Origin: Sphyrna mokarran
Lineage: Eukaryota
NCBI GenBank assembly: GCA_024679065.1
Contig: JAGIQG010000006.1
Location: forward strand, 90,396,001-90,460,000
DNA length: 64,000 nt
Reading direction: 5' to 3'
Positions within the stretch are counted from its first letter, which is position 1, and each line of letters starts with the position of its first letter. The position numbers and the translations under genes were made by a program. The notes under the pieces were generated by a model. It was given only the letters and a program-made list of their open reading frames with translations. It was not told the DNA's origin and searched no databases. Shown piece by piece: positions 36,310 through 50,505 of the stretch.

Positions 36310-36590
36310 TATTTTATTTATTGTTTTTGTCACAAGTAGGTTTCCATCAATACTGCAATTAAGGTACTGTGAAAGTCCACTAGTCACCACACTCCAGTGC
36401 CTATTCAGGTAACTGAGGGAGAACGTAGCATGGCCAACGCACCTAACCCACAAATCTTTAGGATTGTGGGAGGAAATCGGAGCACTCGTAGGAAACCACA
36501 CAGACATGGGGAGAACATGCAGATTCCACACAGACAGTGATCTAAGCCGGGAATCAAACTCAGTCTCTGGCACTGTGAGACAGCAGTACT
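36310..36590 (-). mobile_element. SINE family B copy
   Basis: tgtcacaagtagg..tactgtgaaagtcc tail plus V-SINE core. Confidence 0.88.
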
Positions 36591-38487
36591 ATTCAATTCT
36601 AAATACTTCTAAGTTAAAAAGTAGACATATTGCTCCTAGGCATAATTGCAACCTCTCTCTTTCAAGTCTAACATAGGGATTGACTGATGCTAACTGGACA
36701 CCATAATCTACATCTTATATTAGCACTGTTAACATTTTATACTGCATCGTGGATTGCAAATAGGCTGTCCATACACCCCCAGATCAACCAGAAGTACTGA
36801 GCAGTCTGTGATGCCTTCCAATTAATGTTCAGCTGGTAGATAATCACAACTAGGTGGATGAAGCTGTGTGCCAACTTTCCAGGGAGCTGCCACGAAGCAT
36901 TCTTTCTACTGTACTGATCTCTACATTGGATGACATGATCTGTTTGTGCTCAACGAATGTGCAATCACTTCCTCATAATTTGACTCCTGAGTAAACAGGG
37001 TTGAAATTTATTTTTATGTGCATCAAATTCCACATTCTCAGAAGGCACAATGATGCTATCTTTCCCAAAATTCACAATAAGGATCGGTATTCCCTTGACA
37101 GTAGAAAAATCAAATGTCACAGCTGATTTTTTTTTCCAAAGCAGCAGTATGAGTCAGAATACTCAGCAGAGAAATGAGCTTGTATGGAAATTCTTTATAT
37201 TTATGAGAAACATTTATTTATAGAAGATAATTTATAATTGGAGCAATGTTTTCTTTAAGATTGTGTACAGAAACACATTTTTCGCTAAGTCAAATAGATG
37301 AACTCAATCTGTTCCCTACTCATCATTTATTTTATAGTGCAGGGTGATGGAAGGGGGTTGGGTGAGTGCCTCTTAATGTAGCACTTAGTAATCAGCAGCA
37401 ACATTTATATTATGTAGACGTGCTGCATCCAATCCAAGAAGTGCATCATAGACACAGGGCACTAGGGTGTTGTTTATTTATATTTATTTAAAAACCATTT
37501 CTATTACTGTCTCCTTTTCGAATGTCCTTTCTGCATGTCCTGAGCCCTCTAACACCATTTCTTCAGACCGGCACAGCATTCTGAACAGCTGACTTGAAAA
37601 CAAGCATAAATGGATGTAGGAAGGCTCTTTAATATGTATTCAATAGTGCAAAACAACTGAAACATTCTATGCACTATGGTATACAACGGAATTCAGTCCT
37701 AATTGATTGAAGATAATAATATTTGGCCATTTATTTTTCATTTCCACCAAGCAAAAGGATTGACCACCGTCATAGATTTTCTCAGGAAGTGTGTGCAAAA
37801 CTCTGTCATTTATTATAAGTTCATTTTCTTTTTGCCTCCCCATTCATTCTAAAGGAGTTGTACTGGAGTACTCATGTCTCTTATATCTTCCTTACTGATT
37901 GACGTCTCTATCTTTCAATAAACCTCCCAAGCCTGTAACGTAAAACTGCATTTATTCAGGTAGTATTGATGACACAAAACATGGAGTTTTCTGGCTCACC
38001 ATACTGCTGGGCACCATTGCAGGCAAGACAGGAAATTTGAAGAGTCATTGGGCATCATTTTCGGCCATCTATTACCCCCGCTCCCCCACCCCAGTATGTT
38101 TTCTGATGGTGGAGGCGACTTGTCACTGATGAATGGCAGAATCCTCTGGTGACACCAATGTCAGTGGCATTTTGCATTTGCTGGTGGTGCCACCAGAGAA
38201 ACTGCCATAGGGCGAAGTGGGCCAAGAAGATCCTATCGGCAGGGACAAATGGAAAATTCAGCTCATTTACTTTTACTGGCTCCCAAAACTTTCCCAGTCC
38301 ATCTACAATCATGCCATCCAGTATCAAGCCTGGAAAATCCAGCCTGGGGTTTCTTTAAACATGCTAGCATACTTTGTCTTGTGAAAGTATTGTTTTTAAA
38401 TCAAAGAACTGACATGGCATACAGGTCATAAGTTCCTAAATTTGATTCCCCATCTCTGAAAAATTATCCGATGCAAGAAAAAGAAAA

Positions 38488-38811
38488 GATTCCAAAGATC
38501 ATACAGTGCAGAAGGTGGCCATTCAGTCCATCAAATCTGCACCAACACATTCCCACCCAGGCCCTATCCCTATAGCTCCATGCATTTACTCTACCAAGTC
38601 CCCCTGACACTAAGGGGCAATTTAATATGGCCAATTCATCCATCTGCATAGCTTTGGACAGTGGGAGGAAACCAGAGCACCCGAAGGAAACTCACTCAAA
38701 CACAGGGCGAATGTACAAACTCCACACGGACAGTGACCGAAGCTGGGAATTGAACCCGGGCACCTGGCGCTGTGAGGCAGCAATGTTAACCACCGTGCCA
38801 CCATGCTGCCC
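38488..38811 (-). mobile_element. Full-length HE1-type SINE with Pol III A and B boxes
   Basis: Reverse complement starts gggcagcatggTGGCACGGTGG...GGTTCAATTCC; V-domain; CR1-like tail. Confidence 0.95.
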
Positions 38812-38814
38812 TAG

Positions 38815-39480
38815 CATATGTCACAAGAGTCATAAGAAAACACCAAGCTGAAGAAGGAAAGGTCTAGTCAACAGCAAACAGGAAAGTTTTGAAAGAGGGT
38901 CTTAAGGATGAAGGTGTTGGAAAAAAGTTTTAGGGAGAGAACTCCCATGGGACCCAAGTGGCTGAATGCATGGTTACCAATATAGGAAATGGGAGTCGAC
39001 AAGGATTGTAGGAGAGGTGTTGTGTAGCTGGAGGAGGTCGCACAGATAAAAAAGGGTGAAGTCATGGAGCAATTTAAATAGAAGAATACACATGTAAAAT
39101 TTTGAAGGACCAAGGATAGTTCAGGTCCGTAAGTGTTGGATTATGAATGAGCAGAAATTGTTGAGGGATAGGATATGAGCAGCAGATTTTGCATTAGATG
39201 AAGTTAATTGAGGATGGAAGGCTAGCCAGGAACGCATTGAGGTAACTGAATTTGAAAGGTGTCAAGGGAATTGTTGAGGTTTGTTGTAGTAGATCAGCTA
39301 AGAACAGGCGATCTAGTGGAGCTGCAGTAGAGGTCTTTATGATATAGAGGATATGGGGTTAGAAACTCAGCCCATGATTGATGGGATGCTGAAATTATGG
39401 ACTGTCTGGTTCATTTTGAGGCAATAATCAAGAAAGAGGACTGAATCAGTGGCAAGGCATCAGTTGAGGACATCAGATTA
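38815..39480 (-). mobile_element. Decayed L2 LINE 3' region
   Basis: IGNHAFSHLGP (cf. L2 GxRAFSxxAP) in ORF 38868-39113(-); purine-rich plus strand. Confidence 0.65.
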
Positions 39481-42289
39481 GGACAGAATTGATGATAATA
39501 CTCCCTATAGTTAAAATACACAACTATCTAGATTCACATATGATTAATGGATATTAGCGTGACATATGAAAGGGCAACGTTGCCTGTAAAATCATGCAAT
39601 AGAAAGAGGCAAAATAGTAAAAGAGCAAAGATAAAGGGGGTGAGTGGGTAGTCAGGTTGTTTGGGATTCATTTCGCAGCAGTAGCTATCCACACACAGCA
39701 GTAACTGCCTCCAGTCATGTCTGATTTTTATCAGCCAGGAGTGAGAAACACAAAGGCCTGAATTCTCTGAACTCATTGCAATTGGAATTCTCCTTTCCTC
39801 TGATGTGAATGAAGATTTGGCTGTATGTCAAATTCTCCATTCTTACTGGCAGCAGTCACAGGATAGGAATGACTTGAGAATTCTCAACAACATGTGCAGA
39901 TTAGATCTGGTGTGAGCAAATCTTGTGAAGTCATTTGGTGAGGTGACATATTATTTTAATGAAATAGGTTACAACTTGGTACATGGTCTCAGGACATTTT
40001 TGGGATTAAGAGAAGTAAGGAGTTCATTGGGATTGTGAAAAGTAGACACAAATTTTTGTAAAATGTGAATGAATTTATTGAACTGTCAAGTGAACAGTTA
40101 AGAAAATCTATCAAGTAAAACTGTCAAAATGTTGAGAGGAACAATGAAAACTGTCACAATTGGCATAATTGTCAAGAGCAGCTATGGAGAGGAAATATCA
40201 AAACTGTAAAATATGTCAAAGGAAGTTGTCAAGCTGTCTAGGCATTTAAAATACCTCCCCTTTAAATCTTTGAAAATACTTGGATAATATTTTCCACCTC
40301 TGTTTTCAGAGGAAGGAAATGATAGAGGGGAGAAAGAATTGATTGGGAGTTGGGAAAGAAAGATGGGTTCCATGGTAAAGAGTTCATTGTGGTGGTGATG
40401 GAATCCTGTGGTGGTAGTAGGGGGCTTTCTACGGTGGTTGGGTTTCTGCTTCTGTGAGGTCCATGTTTTTGTCTATTTTTAATTTTTATATCTTTCGAAA
40501 ACCTAAATTGCTGGTGGGGCAGGCCCATCTCTGCGAACATGATATCGTGGGACCCACCTCCTTAATTTTTTTTGACTCTGAGTCTTAAAAATAAGGCAGG
40601 AAAATCCAGCGGTGCAGCTGGTGTCTATACCAGTTGATTAACGTGGCTAGCCAATAAGATCGCAAGAGAGGAGATAAACCAGATTTGCTCCTGCTATCTC
40701 ACCTCTTGTGGCAATACTGGCCCTAATTGCCGATGTAATCAGCCTTGCACCTCAGCAGGGCATGAGGCTAATTAATATTAAGGTTTAAATCTTAATTTAA
40801 ATATTACTAGTGAGCCTAGGATAGAATCATCTGGCTCACTTGCCTTACAACCTCGCCAGTGTAGGTCCTCACTTGGAAGGAGCATGCATAGTCCCTAGCA
40901 ACGGGGACCAGATGTGCTAATTTCACCAGTGGGACCGAAGGCACTGAAGGTCCCCTGGGTGGTAAGATACAGAGGACGCAGTGCCAGTCTGACACTGCTA
41001 GCCTGAACTCTGATAATGCCAGCCAGACACACTGGCATTGCTCACCGGGCAGTGTCAATAGGTAGGGACTAAGGGCCAGGGCAAGGCCTAAGGGCCAGGG
41101 CAGGACCTAAGGAAAAGGGAGGTGCCTCAAAGAGAGGGAGAGCACAGAGAGCTGTGCACTTTGCAATTGGGATTGTCAGGTTAACAATAGATGAGAGCAG
41201 GGCAGTGAACTGGAACAGCAATTGACCAGGGTGCTGCAATCAAGAGGGTGGGGAGGCAATGTCCAGGGAAGTGACAATTTCTCAATGTACTTTGTGCTGT
41301 TATACATAGTGCATTAGGAGGTCAGGTGAACGTGCAATTGCACACTCAATGAGTCAGCAGCTGGCTTCCCAATGTGAACAGAGTTTGTCCACTTGCCTGA
41401 CTGGTGAGAATCAGTCTTTGCCCCATTTTTTTTCTTTAAGTGTGATAAGGTTTGAATTTTTTTCTCACCGAGAAAACAAATCTAAGACTTTCCTGTTTTC
41501 GCACTCATTCAATATTTAGAACTTCTTTGGTAAGATCGCCCTCAATGTGTTTTTTATGGTTTTTTTCTCAAATAAGGGCTGTGATATTTAAAACTTTATT
41601 TTATTTAATCTCAGCATGGATCCTGAGGTCTGTTCTAAATTTGCACTAAGTTGTTATTGGGATGTAAAGCAACACAAGGGTGAATGGAGGGGCATTAGTT
41701 GACATGGAGCATATGATGGTTATCAGGTTGGGTGTAGGAGCTCAAATTGATAAGGAGGCTATGATGAGTGATGAGAGAGGTGGATAGAGAGCACGAGATG
41801 AAATTGGTTGGCATGGATTGGCCAATGGAGTGTATATGCAGGATTAAGTGGCTGAAAGGAGGTGCGGACTGGAAGACTGCTTTTATTACTTTTCTTAATA
41901 TCTTGTACAAAGCAGCAATGTACCAAAGCATGCCATCTGTCCAGCCCATGCCTGCACCAGACAGCATCTACGCTTACGCAGTGATCAACCACCATGACTC
42001 ACAGAGAAGCCCACCAACTCTTAAGAAATTTCAACTTTCAGGGCACTTTCTCCTGGTTGGGTTGCAGAGTTCCAACTCAGTAGCTCTGCTCCAAGAGCAA
42101 AAGTACTGTTGTAGCCCCAGCTGCCAGCCATTTGATGGCAGTTCTCTGAGGCAGGACTTCTCTTGGAAGTAGGCTGAAGCTCTCTTCATGTCATCATAGG
42201 CCCAATGATCATAAGTGGCTGTGGCATGAGCCAACCTAAAGCAGACAGATTTTCTCCAAGCTTTCGTGTGTGTGTGTGTAAACTTCAGC

Positions 42290-42465
42290 TCATAGAATCC
42301 CTACAGTGCAGAAGGAGGCAATTAGAACCATCGAGTCTACACTGATTCTCTGACAGACCATTTTATTCAGGCCCTATCCATGTAACCCCGTATATTTACT
42401 AATAGCTAATCGCCCTAATGTGCATGTGTTTGGACTGTGGGAGGAAACCAGAACACCAGAGGAAT
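42290..42465 (-). mobile_element. HE1-type SINE 3' half
   Basis: catagaatccctacagtgcagaaggaggc..tttggactgtgggaggaaacc. Confidence 0.88.
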
Positions 42466-42529
42466 CCCTTCTTTTCAATTTTCCTCTCAAAATACCAAAA
42501 AAATCAGTTTACGATACTCACACAGTAAC

Positions 42530-42810
42530 TTGTGGCTCGATTCTGGAAATATAGAGGGAAATTGTTTCCACCGGTTGGAGCATCTAAAAATAATCTAAAA
42601 ATTGGAGTCAACTCTTTCAATATTGAATTAGGCGAGCACTGCTATGTAGTAAATGTTTGGAATCTCCTCTTACACATTAGTTTAATTGTTAATTTCAAAT
42701 CTGAGATTGGTAGTTTTTTGTTAAAGGGATATTAAGGGATATGGATGCAGATCAGCCATGATCTCACTGGTTGACAGAATAAAATTGTAAAACGGCCTGT
42801 TCCTGTTCCT
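42530..42810 (+). mobile_element. Decayed CR1 3' end
   Basis: KLFP, VVNVWNLL and FKSEI motifs; gatcagccatgatctca tail. Confidence 0.7.
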
Positions 42811-44929
42811 TCTTCCCATCTTTAATCTTTTGAAAGCTTTTCTCAGCAACATTGTCTTTTGGATGGGGTGTGTCTAAAATTGAACAAACTATTCCAAATG
42901 TGACATTTTTGGCAATCTCTACATAGTGGGTCCTCTTTTAATTTGAAGTCAAATACACTCAAGATACATCTTTGCATTTGATTGTCTTTTTTAGTTATTA
43001 TTTCAGAATGGTCAGGAAATTAATATTAATTAAACAAGATCCCATTCCTTTCTCCCATTTAATTCTGGGTATGTTTTCATTGTGTGCTTTTTTATCATTT
43101 CTCCTGTTCTAACATGCACAAGTTAAAATCCCTGTACATTAAAATTAAGCTGCTTTGTCCATCTAGTGAATCGATCAACAATGAATGATGTTTATTTATC
43201 TCTTTTGTATTGGCTATGTAGCTTAATGTTATCAACATTAATAATAGTGGAAGCAATGCCTTTCAAACAAGCAGTTATGTGTGCTGCAAGATCCAAGAAC
43301 AGAAGCTCATTGAGTTCATCTCACCACAGAGATATTCCAATTCATTATTACCAATAGTTTTCTTTCTGAGACTTCTAAAATAATAGCAGCCTATTTATCT
43401 GTGAACATACATTGAATGTGTCTGTCTTTCAGCTATCTAACAGTCACTGCCACTAGATCAACTTTATGGGGTGGTCTATAGCTGCAGGGGTATCATTATC
43501 GGGCTCTCTTGAATTCTCTGGCATATCAACCATTGCTTCTTTCCTTATTGCAGAATTATAAAGTTATGCTTCCAAAATTGGTAGACAGTACTAGGGGCAT
43601 TCTGTGAGGCACACTCAGATCCATCTAGATACTGGAATCTCTCTTTGAGCATCTCAATCACTTGCTCAATGTTCATGTTTGTATTCATGCATATCAGCTG
43701 TCCTACAACATAGCGTCACAAGTCGTGAGTGTAGCAGGTATCCCTCATCGCCTAGTTGCCATCCTTGCCCTTTGCCTCGGCTATTAAAATTGTGCTGAGA
43801 CACAGTAAAAAAACCATCGCAACAGCTTCCACTATGTCATAAATTTGCGTGCGAGAAGCTGTGCTTGTCATCACAAATAATCTTCACATCTCAGGGATGC
43901 AAGCATTTCGGCCCCACATAAATATGAAAGTTTACATTTGGGACACACGATGCCACATGGTGCAATCAGTAGTCATGGCAACCTTGGAGAATCTGGGAAT
44001 TCTGAAAAATGCTTTGGCCCTCTTAGGCATCTGTGTGGCGAGCACTGCTAATTATACAAATCGAGCTTCCCTGGTAAAGAAAGCATTAGCGACTTGTCTT
44101 ATGAAAGTGCATAGCAAATTGGCTGATCTGACAGAAGTAATCTGTGGCTCCCTGGAATGAGCTTATGGCACTAGAAGTGAGAGCTGTGATCACTTTCAGT
44201 GGCACAGTCAGAACCTTTCATGCTGTGTACCTTGATTGCAGATCTAGCTGCAACATGTAAGGTTTGCCTTTTTATTGTTAATTAATAGCTTTGAGAGACT
44301 AGTTTCAGCAATGTTACCATCTTATTAAGAAATATAACATTTAGTTTTATATTTATCAAATCATCCCATGAAAGCAAGCAAACTCTTTGGTAAATCTTAG
44401 GCTCCCTAAACTCCATTTCCTGTGTCTCAAGTCCAGGATACCTGCAAGCCATGAGGAAATGAACAACTTTCACACTCCCTGGTAATCAAATTTATGCCAT
44501 CTGAAAGGTCTCTGCCTTCGTGACTAATTCAATATGAAACTAAAACTGAATCTGAACGTGAATCCCCATCCCAACCGGTAATTCTTAAGCATGTGTTACA
44601 TGCTGATCAATTGGGTTCAACTTTGCTAACTGGAATCATTCAGGAATGTCTCTCTCATCTATTGCATCGGCTGGAGTAATTTCAGCTATGTGATTGTCTG
44701 TATTTACTAACTCTGGTTAATTTCAAATACTCATGATGGGTGGGATTTTCCAGCTACGCTCATTGCAAAGCCAAAGGTCAACATACCTTTGCAAGGTGCA
44801 TGTCCCGCCCACTATGATTCCTAAGGCATGTGCATGGAAAACTTCCATCTGATGTTTTTGGTAGTGAGATTCAGCTTAGGTTACAAAAACTTACACAGTA
44901 ATGACCAGAGAATCCCTACAGTGCAGAGA

Positions 44930-45945
44930 AAGTGCTTGATGCAAGTACAATAGCAAAATTTTAAAAAAACATTTGGGTAAATACATGGATGGGAAAGGAT
45001 TAGAGAGATATGGACGAAACACAGGCAATTGGAATTGGCTGGGAGGGCACAATGGTTGGCATGGACCAGTTGGGCTGAAGGGCCTCCTTCTGTGTTGTAT
45101 TGTGCAATGATTCTATACTAATGTGGGGGGAATGATAAACAATAATGCAGATGATACCAACATTGGTAGAGTGGTTATTAATAAGGAAGAAAGTCGTATG
45201 TTACAGGAAAATATAGATGGATCGGTCAGATGGACGAGCAGTGGCAGATGGTATTTAATTAACCCAGATATATGCAAGGTGATGCATTTTGAAAGAAGTA
45301 ACAAGACAGCGGAGTATGTAATGAACAGCAGGAAGGTTAGAGGAACAGACGGATCTTGGGGTACATATTCAAGATCTCTGAACACAGTAGAGCAGGTGAA
45401 TAGGGCAGTTAAGAAGGCAAATGGGACACTTGATTTAATAAGTTGCAGCATAGAGTACAAGGGCAAAGTAATGTTGGAGCTATACAGAATATTTCTTAGG
45501 ACACAGCTGGAGTACTGTGTGTAGTTCTGGTCACTCCAGTATAAGAAGGATGTGATTTCATTAAGCGGGTGCAGAGGTGAGTCACCAGTTGTTGCCTGGG
45601 ATGGAGAATTTGAGCTATAAGGAGAGACTGGATAGGCTTGGGGACAAGATTGAGGTGTACAAGAGTATGAGAAGTATGGACAGAGCCAATAGAAAGCAGA
45701 GGGGATTTGAGAAAACATTATTTCACCCAGAGACTGGTGGGAATCTGGAATGCACTACCTGTGAAGATAGTGGAAGCCTAAAAACTCACAACCTTTAAAA
45801 AGAAATATTTGGATGAGCACTTGAAGCATCATAACATTCAAGCACAGGGTTCAAGTGCTAGAAAATGGGATTAGTGCAACCATAGTGGTAGTTATTGTTG
45901 ATGCTTAATGGGACAAAGGACCTTTTCAGTACTGTGTGGCTCTAT
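44930..45945 (+). mobile_element. Two abutting CR1 fragments (3' tail 44930-45115; RT 45120-45945)
   Basis: ADDTNIG, CKVMHF and LEYCV motifs; CR1 tail motifs. Confidence 0.9.
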
Positions 45946-46059
45946 GGGCAGGATTCTCCAGCTGTGCTCAACTCAAAATCTGACTTGAGATCAATGGACC
46001 TCTGCATGGTCCTGCCCTGCCTGCTATGATTCCCATGGGAAAACTTCACCCTTGACTTT

Positions 46060-46230
46060 AATCCACCTTACCTATACATCTTTGGACTGTGGGAGGAAAC
46101 TGGAATCTCAGAGGAAAGCCTAAACAGATAAAGGGAGAAAGACCAAGCTCCACACATGTCATCACCCAAAGTGGGAATTGAACCCACGCCCCTGCTACTC
46201 TGAGGCAGCAGTGCTAACCATGTGCCATGT
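46060..46230 (-). mobile_element. HE1-type SINE 5' half
   Basis: catctttggactgtgggaggaaactgg..gggaattgaaccc..tgaggcagcagtgctaacca. Confidence 0.88.
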
Positions 46231-47773
46231 GGGTATGTGAATGTTGTAGTTCCAAGATGAGATGTCAGTTTACCTTTAACAAAACAGTCCCACCTTTGAT
46301 AATAGAAGTAGCCTGGGAAAATGTTTCTTTTGAAACATAGTGTCAAAGACGGAAGGAAAGTAGGAAATCTCGGAATTTAGAACAGGTAGCTGTAATAACT
46401 TTAAAGATGGTACACTGTGACTTAACATTATAAAGAATTTGTTACCAAAGCTAAATAGATATATACAAACAAGACTTTGATAGAACTGAGTATATACAGG
46501 GACTCCACACCACCCAACTCCATCTGAGGCTCCTCCACAATCAAGGATGCATGCCTTTCTACTGATTGGAGTGGGAAACTTAACCATCACTCGATAGGGT
46601 CCGGTCTGATCATGTCACCTCCAGAAGGCAATCCCTTAAAGGGGCCACACTACCACAATGACGTTAAATCATCGTAAGTCTTTTCATTCACATTAGTGCC
46701 CATTGGATGACATACACTGTTCAGTTTGAATGGAAATTGGACTCTATTTTTCTCAAGTAGAATCCACAGAATTAAATTTGCTCCAGTGGCAATTCCTGGT
46801 CCAGGTAAAGGTACAAATTTTGGCTTTCATCCTTCTGCTAATCTAGCGATCTTGGGGCCAAGGCCTTCCTTTCTTTATTCTGCAATTATCTAAAAATTTC
46901 CTTCTTGTTTCAGGCCTCGATACATCTTGAGATAGTAAGCTTAATCTTAGCTGATCTTGTTGATCCAAACTAAAAATTAAATGGGTCTGTGAATTATATT
47001 TTTCCTCAGACAGACAACTTTCTGTGAAGATTCTGAGTTTAATATCTGAGCTGATCTCAGCCAGAATGATGAATGAAAAATTAGCCCTTCAGTGTCTACA
47101 GATAAGGAAGAAGAAAGATCCATCGTGATTCAGCCCTTGGATGCTGTGTAGTGATGCTAACCAGACATTATTGATGTTGGATAAAGGGCCAGTGGTGATT
47201 CTATAGTTCACTAAAGAATTCACAAAAGAAAGACCACAGCAAGGCAGCAAAGGCACCTAACACCTATCCAACCGTGCCTACAAAGAAAAAATAAGAGAGA
47301 AAAAATTAACAAAAACTGTGGGGAATTGGGAAAGGCAATGAGTCTTCTATTGACACAATCTGATATGTATTTGATAAGCTGCTTTCAAGTCTGCTGTTAC
47401 TCTCGCCTGGATTTGTTTATTCTGTTTTTACAATTTCAGATTTTCTTCCTGCAGTGAAGTGTGGAAATCCTTGCCAAATTCCAAACATGGAGAGCTGTAG
47501 CCAGCAGTATAGTGATAGAAACCATGAGCAGTGGGCCTTGGGCACACAGAACTTGCTACAGATTGCTGTGCAACCATTTCAGGAATATGTTTTATTTTCC
47601 ACAAATAAGGAATTGCTACATGGCAATGTGCCAGTAATTGAAAAGCTTACTATTTCAGTGACAGAATTTCCAGCATTGGTGTAGATACTTGGAGATCTGC
47701 AACCATTTATATTGGAATGCATTGCTGTTAAAGAAAACATTGATGTTTAAAACATGGCCAAAATGGAGCAGAG

Positions 47774-49186
47774 TGTCAAATAAAGGGTTAACATCAAAAG
47801 CTTCAATGGTGCTGATGTAATCATAATTTCAGGTCACATGATTGAGAAGTAAGCAAGATCTGGAAGGAGGAGAAACTCCAAACTCATGCAAATATAGAAC
47901 ATAGCACACAGAATATAGAATACAGAACATAAAACATTGGAATTGGGTTTCAGAATTGAAACAGAATAGAAGCTACTAAGTACCTTTCTGAACAGGAAAG
48001 GAGTTGCTAAGGTGCCACCTAGAATCAAGCAACGCATACTAAGATTGATGACTTATGACTCCATCACAAAATATGTGCAAGGGAAGTGTCAAACAATAGA
48101 GGCACATTGTCACAAATTTACACTTCGTTGGAGAGGTTGAACCATGTACGTCTTTAATTATTCAGCATTTACCAATTATTCAGAAAAGGAATTCAGGAAA
48201 TAAAACAAGCCCTGTAACACAATGGAGAATGTCTTCTAATCCAAAAATATTGTCTGGAAGAATGGCCAGACTATTTTCCCACTAGTCTGATACTATAGTA
48301 ATACTTTGAACACAGTCACTTCAATGAGAGAATAGTCATATTGAGGGCATTTTGGTTTGATATGTTTCAAAGTCTTCCCCAAGGTCATCTAGGAATAGCA
48401 AAATGTTGTGCGAGTGCACAGCAATCAGCCTGGTGGCCAGGCATTGCTCGCTATACAGAATAAATGATCTATAACTGGTTTACTTGTGCTTTGAGCAATC
48501 AGGGATAAAAAGTCAAACTTTATATCGCCACAAATGATCACAAGAGAGTAAAACATGGAACTTTAGTCGCAGGCATAGACAACATGATTTGTCAGTGCTG
48601 GAGCCTGGAGAGAGTATATGGGTCTGAGACTGACAGAGGCAAAGTGAAATAATCATTGGCTAAACTCTACAAGCAAGATTGGCTAGAACTGATACAGACC
48701 AGGGTACCATGAGGGAGAAATTGTCATGCCTACATATTCTTGCAGAGAAAATCAATAGAAACTTGGACTTAATATTCAGATCCTAATGAATACGAAGTCA
48801 GACTTACGCCAACATCGACAGACACCAAAGAGAAGAACAGTCACACTAACAGAAGGGAGAGTATTGAATATCTTTGGCCTCAAAAGGGATCAGAACAAGA
48901 TAAAGCAGATTGGTTGGGATGTCAATGTTGTGAAGTTTAAGGTTTTAGGAGGCAGTGTAGGAGGATGCAAATATAATAAAAACTTGGGGGAAGATGTAGA
49001 GTATAGGGTTATCTGAAGCATACATTATGCTGATGAAAAGATGTCAGATCACAAGACTGAGAATTGAGAGAGATCTGGAAGAAGGAGAATCTCCAATCTT
49101 ACATAGCAGTCCAGATGTGTAATTGCTTGTTGTAAATAAAGTGCAACAGTCTTGAATCTGGGAACTACAGGCTGGAGAGCCTCACA
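47774..49186 (+). mobile_element. Internally deleted Gypsy element with two diverged LTRs
   Basis: RNase H FRIETE.K..PPRIKQRILRLMTY..YVQGK; integrase GHLGIAKC..AQQSAWWPGI; PPT aacttgggggaaga then TGT at 48995; LTR-like repeats at 47774-47890 and 48995-49105. Confidence 0.8.
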
Positions 49187-49189
49187 TCC

Positions 49190-50505
49190 GTCGTGGGTAT
49201 GTTGATAGAAGGTATTTTGAGAAATAGAATCTACAGGCATTTAGAGACTCAAAGACTAGTTAGGCTCAGTCATCGTGGCTTTGTGAGTGGAATGTCATGT
49301 CTCACAAATTTAAGTGAATTTTTTGAAGGAGTAACCAAGAAGGTAGATGAAGGCAGAGCAGTTGATATCATCTACATGGACTTTAGCAAGGCCTTTGACA
49401 AGGTACCATATAGTAAGTTGTTGCATCAGGTTAAATCTCATAGAATCCAGGGCCAGATAGTGAAATGGATACAAAATTGGCTTACAATAGAAGACAGAGG
49501 GTGGTTGTATAGGGTTGATTTTCAAACTGGAGGCCAGTAACCAAGGTAAGCCTCAGGGATCGGTATTGGATCCATTATTATTTGTCATTTATATTAATGA
49601 TTTGGATGAGAATTTAGGAATTATGGTTAGTAAGTTTGCGGATGACACCAAGATTGGTGGCATAGTGGATAGTGAAGAAGGTTATCTTGCATTGCAACGG
49701 GATCAATTGATCCAGTGGGCTGACAAATGGCAGATGGAGTTTAATTTAGATAAATGCGAGGTGATGCATTTTAGTAGATTGAACCAGGGCAAGATTTAAT
49801 GGTAGGGTATTGGGGAGAGTTATGGAGCAAAGAGATCTAGGGTTACAGGTTCATAGCACATTGAAAGTGCAGTCACAGATGGGCAGAATGACGAATAGGT
49901 ATTCAGCATGCTTGGTTTCATTGGTTAGAACATTAAATGCAGGAGTTGGGACGTCTTGTTGAAGTTGAACAAGGCATTGGTAAGGCCACACTGAAATACT
50001 GTTTACAGTTCTGGTCACTCTATTATAGAAGGGATATTATTAAGCTAGAAAGAATGCAGGAGAGATTTATTAGAATGCTACTGGGACTCAATGAATTGAG
50101 AGAAGAGGCTGGATAGACTGGGACATTTTTCTGGGGATCAGAAGAAGCTTAGGGGTGATCTTATAGAGGTCTATATAGTAGTGGGGGGCATAGATCAGAT
50201 AGATAGTCAATATCTTTTTCCCAAAGTAGGGGAGTCTAAAATTAGAGGACATAGGTTTAAAGTGAGGCACAATTTTTTTTTTCACATAGAGAGTGATAAG
50301 CATCTGGGACAAGCTGCTAGAGGTAGTAGTAGAGGTGGGTACAATTTTGTCTTTTAGAAAGCGTTTAGACAGTTACATGGGTAAGATGGGGAGAGGGATA
50401 TGAGCCATACGTAAGCAATAGGGACTAGCTTAGGGGATTAAAAAAAGGGGCAGCATGGGCAAGTTGGGCTGAAGGACCTGTTCAATGCTGTAAACTTCTA
50501 TGACT
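49190..50505 (+). mobile_element. CR1/HER1 LINE RT to 3' tail
   Basis: SCLTNL, YMDFSKAFDKVP, PQGSVL.PLLF and SKFADDTKIG motifs; tail ttctatgact. Confidence 0.96.

Noticed and set aside
38740-38811. tRNA-like A/B boxes
   Set aside because: This is the SINE head, not a tRNA gene; no complete cloverleaf
41069-41112. 19-bp tandem repeat (ctaagggccagggca...)
   Set aside because: Ordinary slippage duplication inside a probable DNA-element remnant
47440-47684. Acceptor-like site followed by KCGNPCQIPN, resembling the start of a sushi domain
   Set aside because: The rest lacks the sushi Cys/Gly/Trp pattern and no fitting donor is evident
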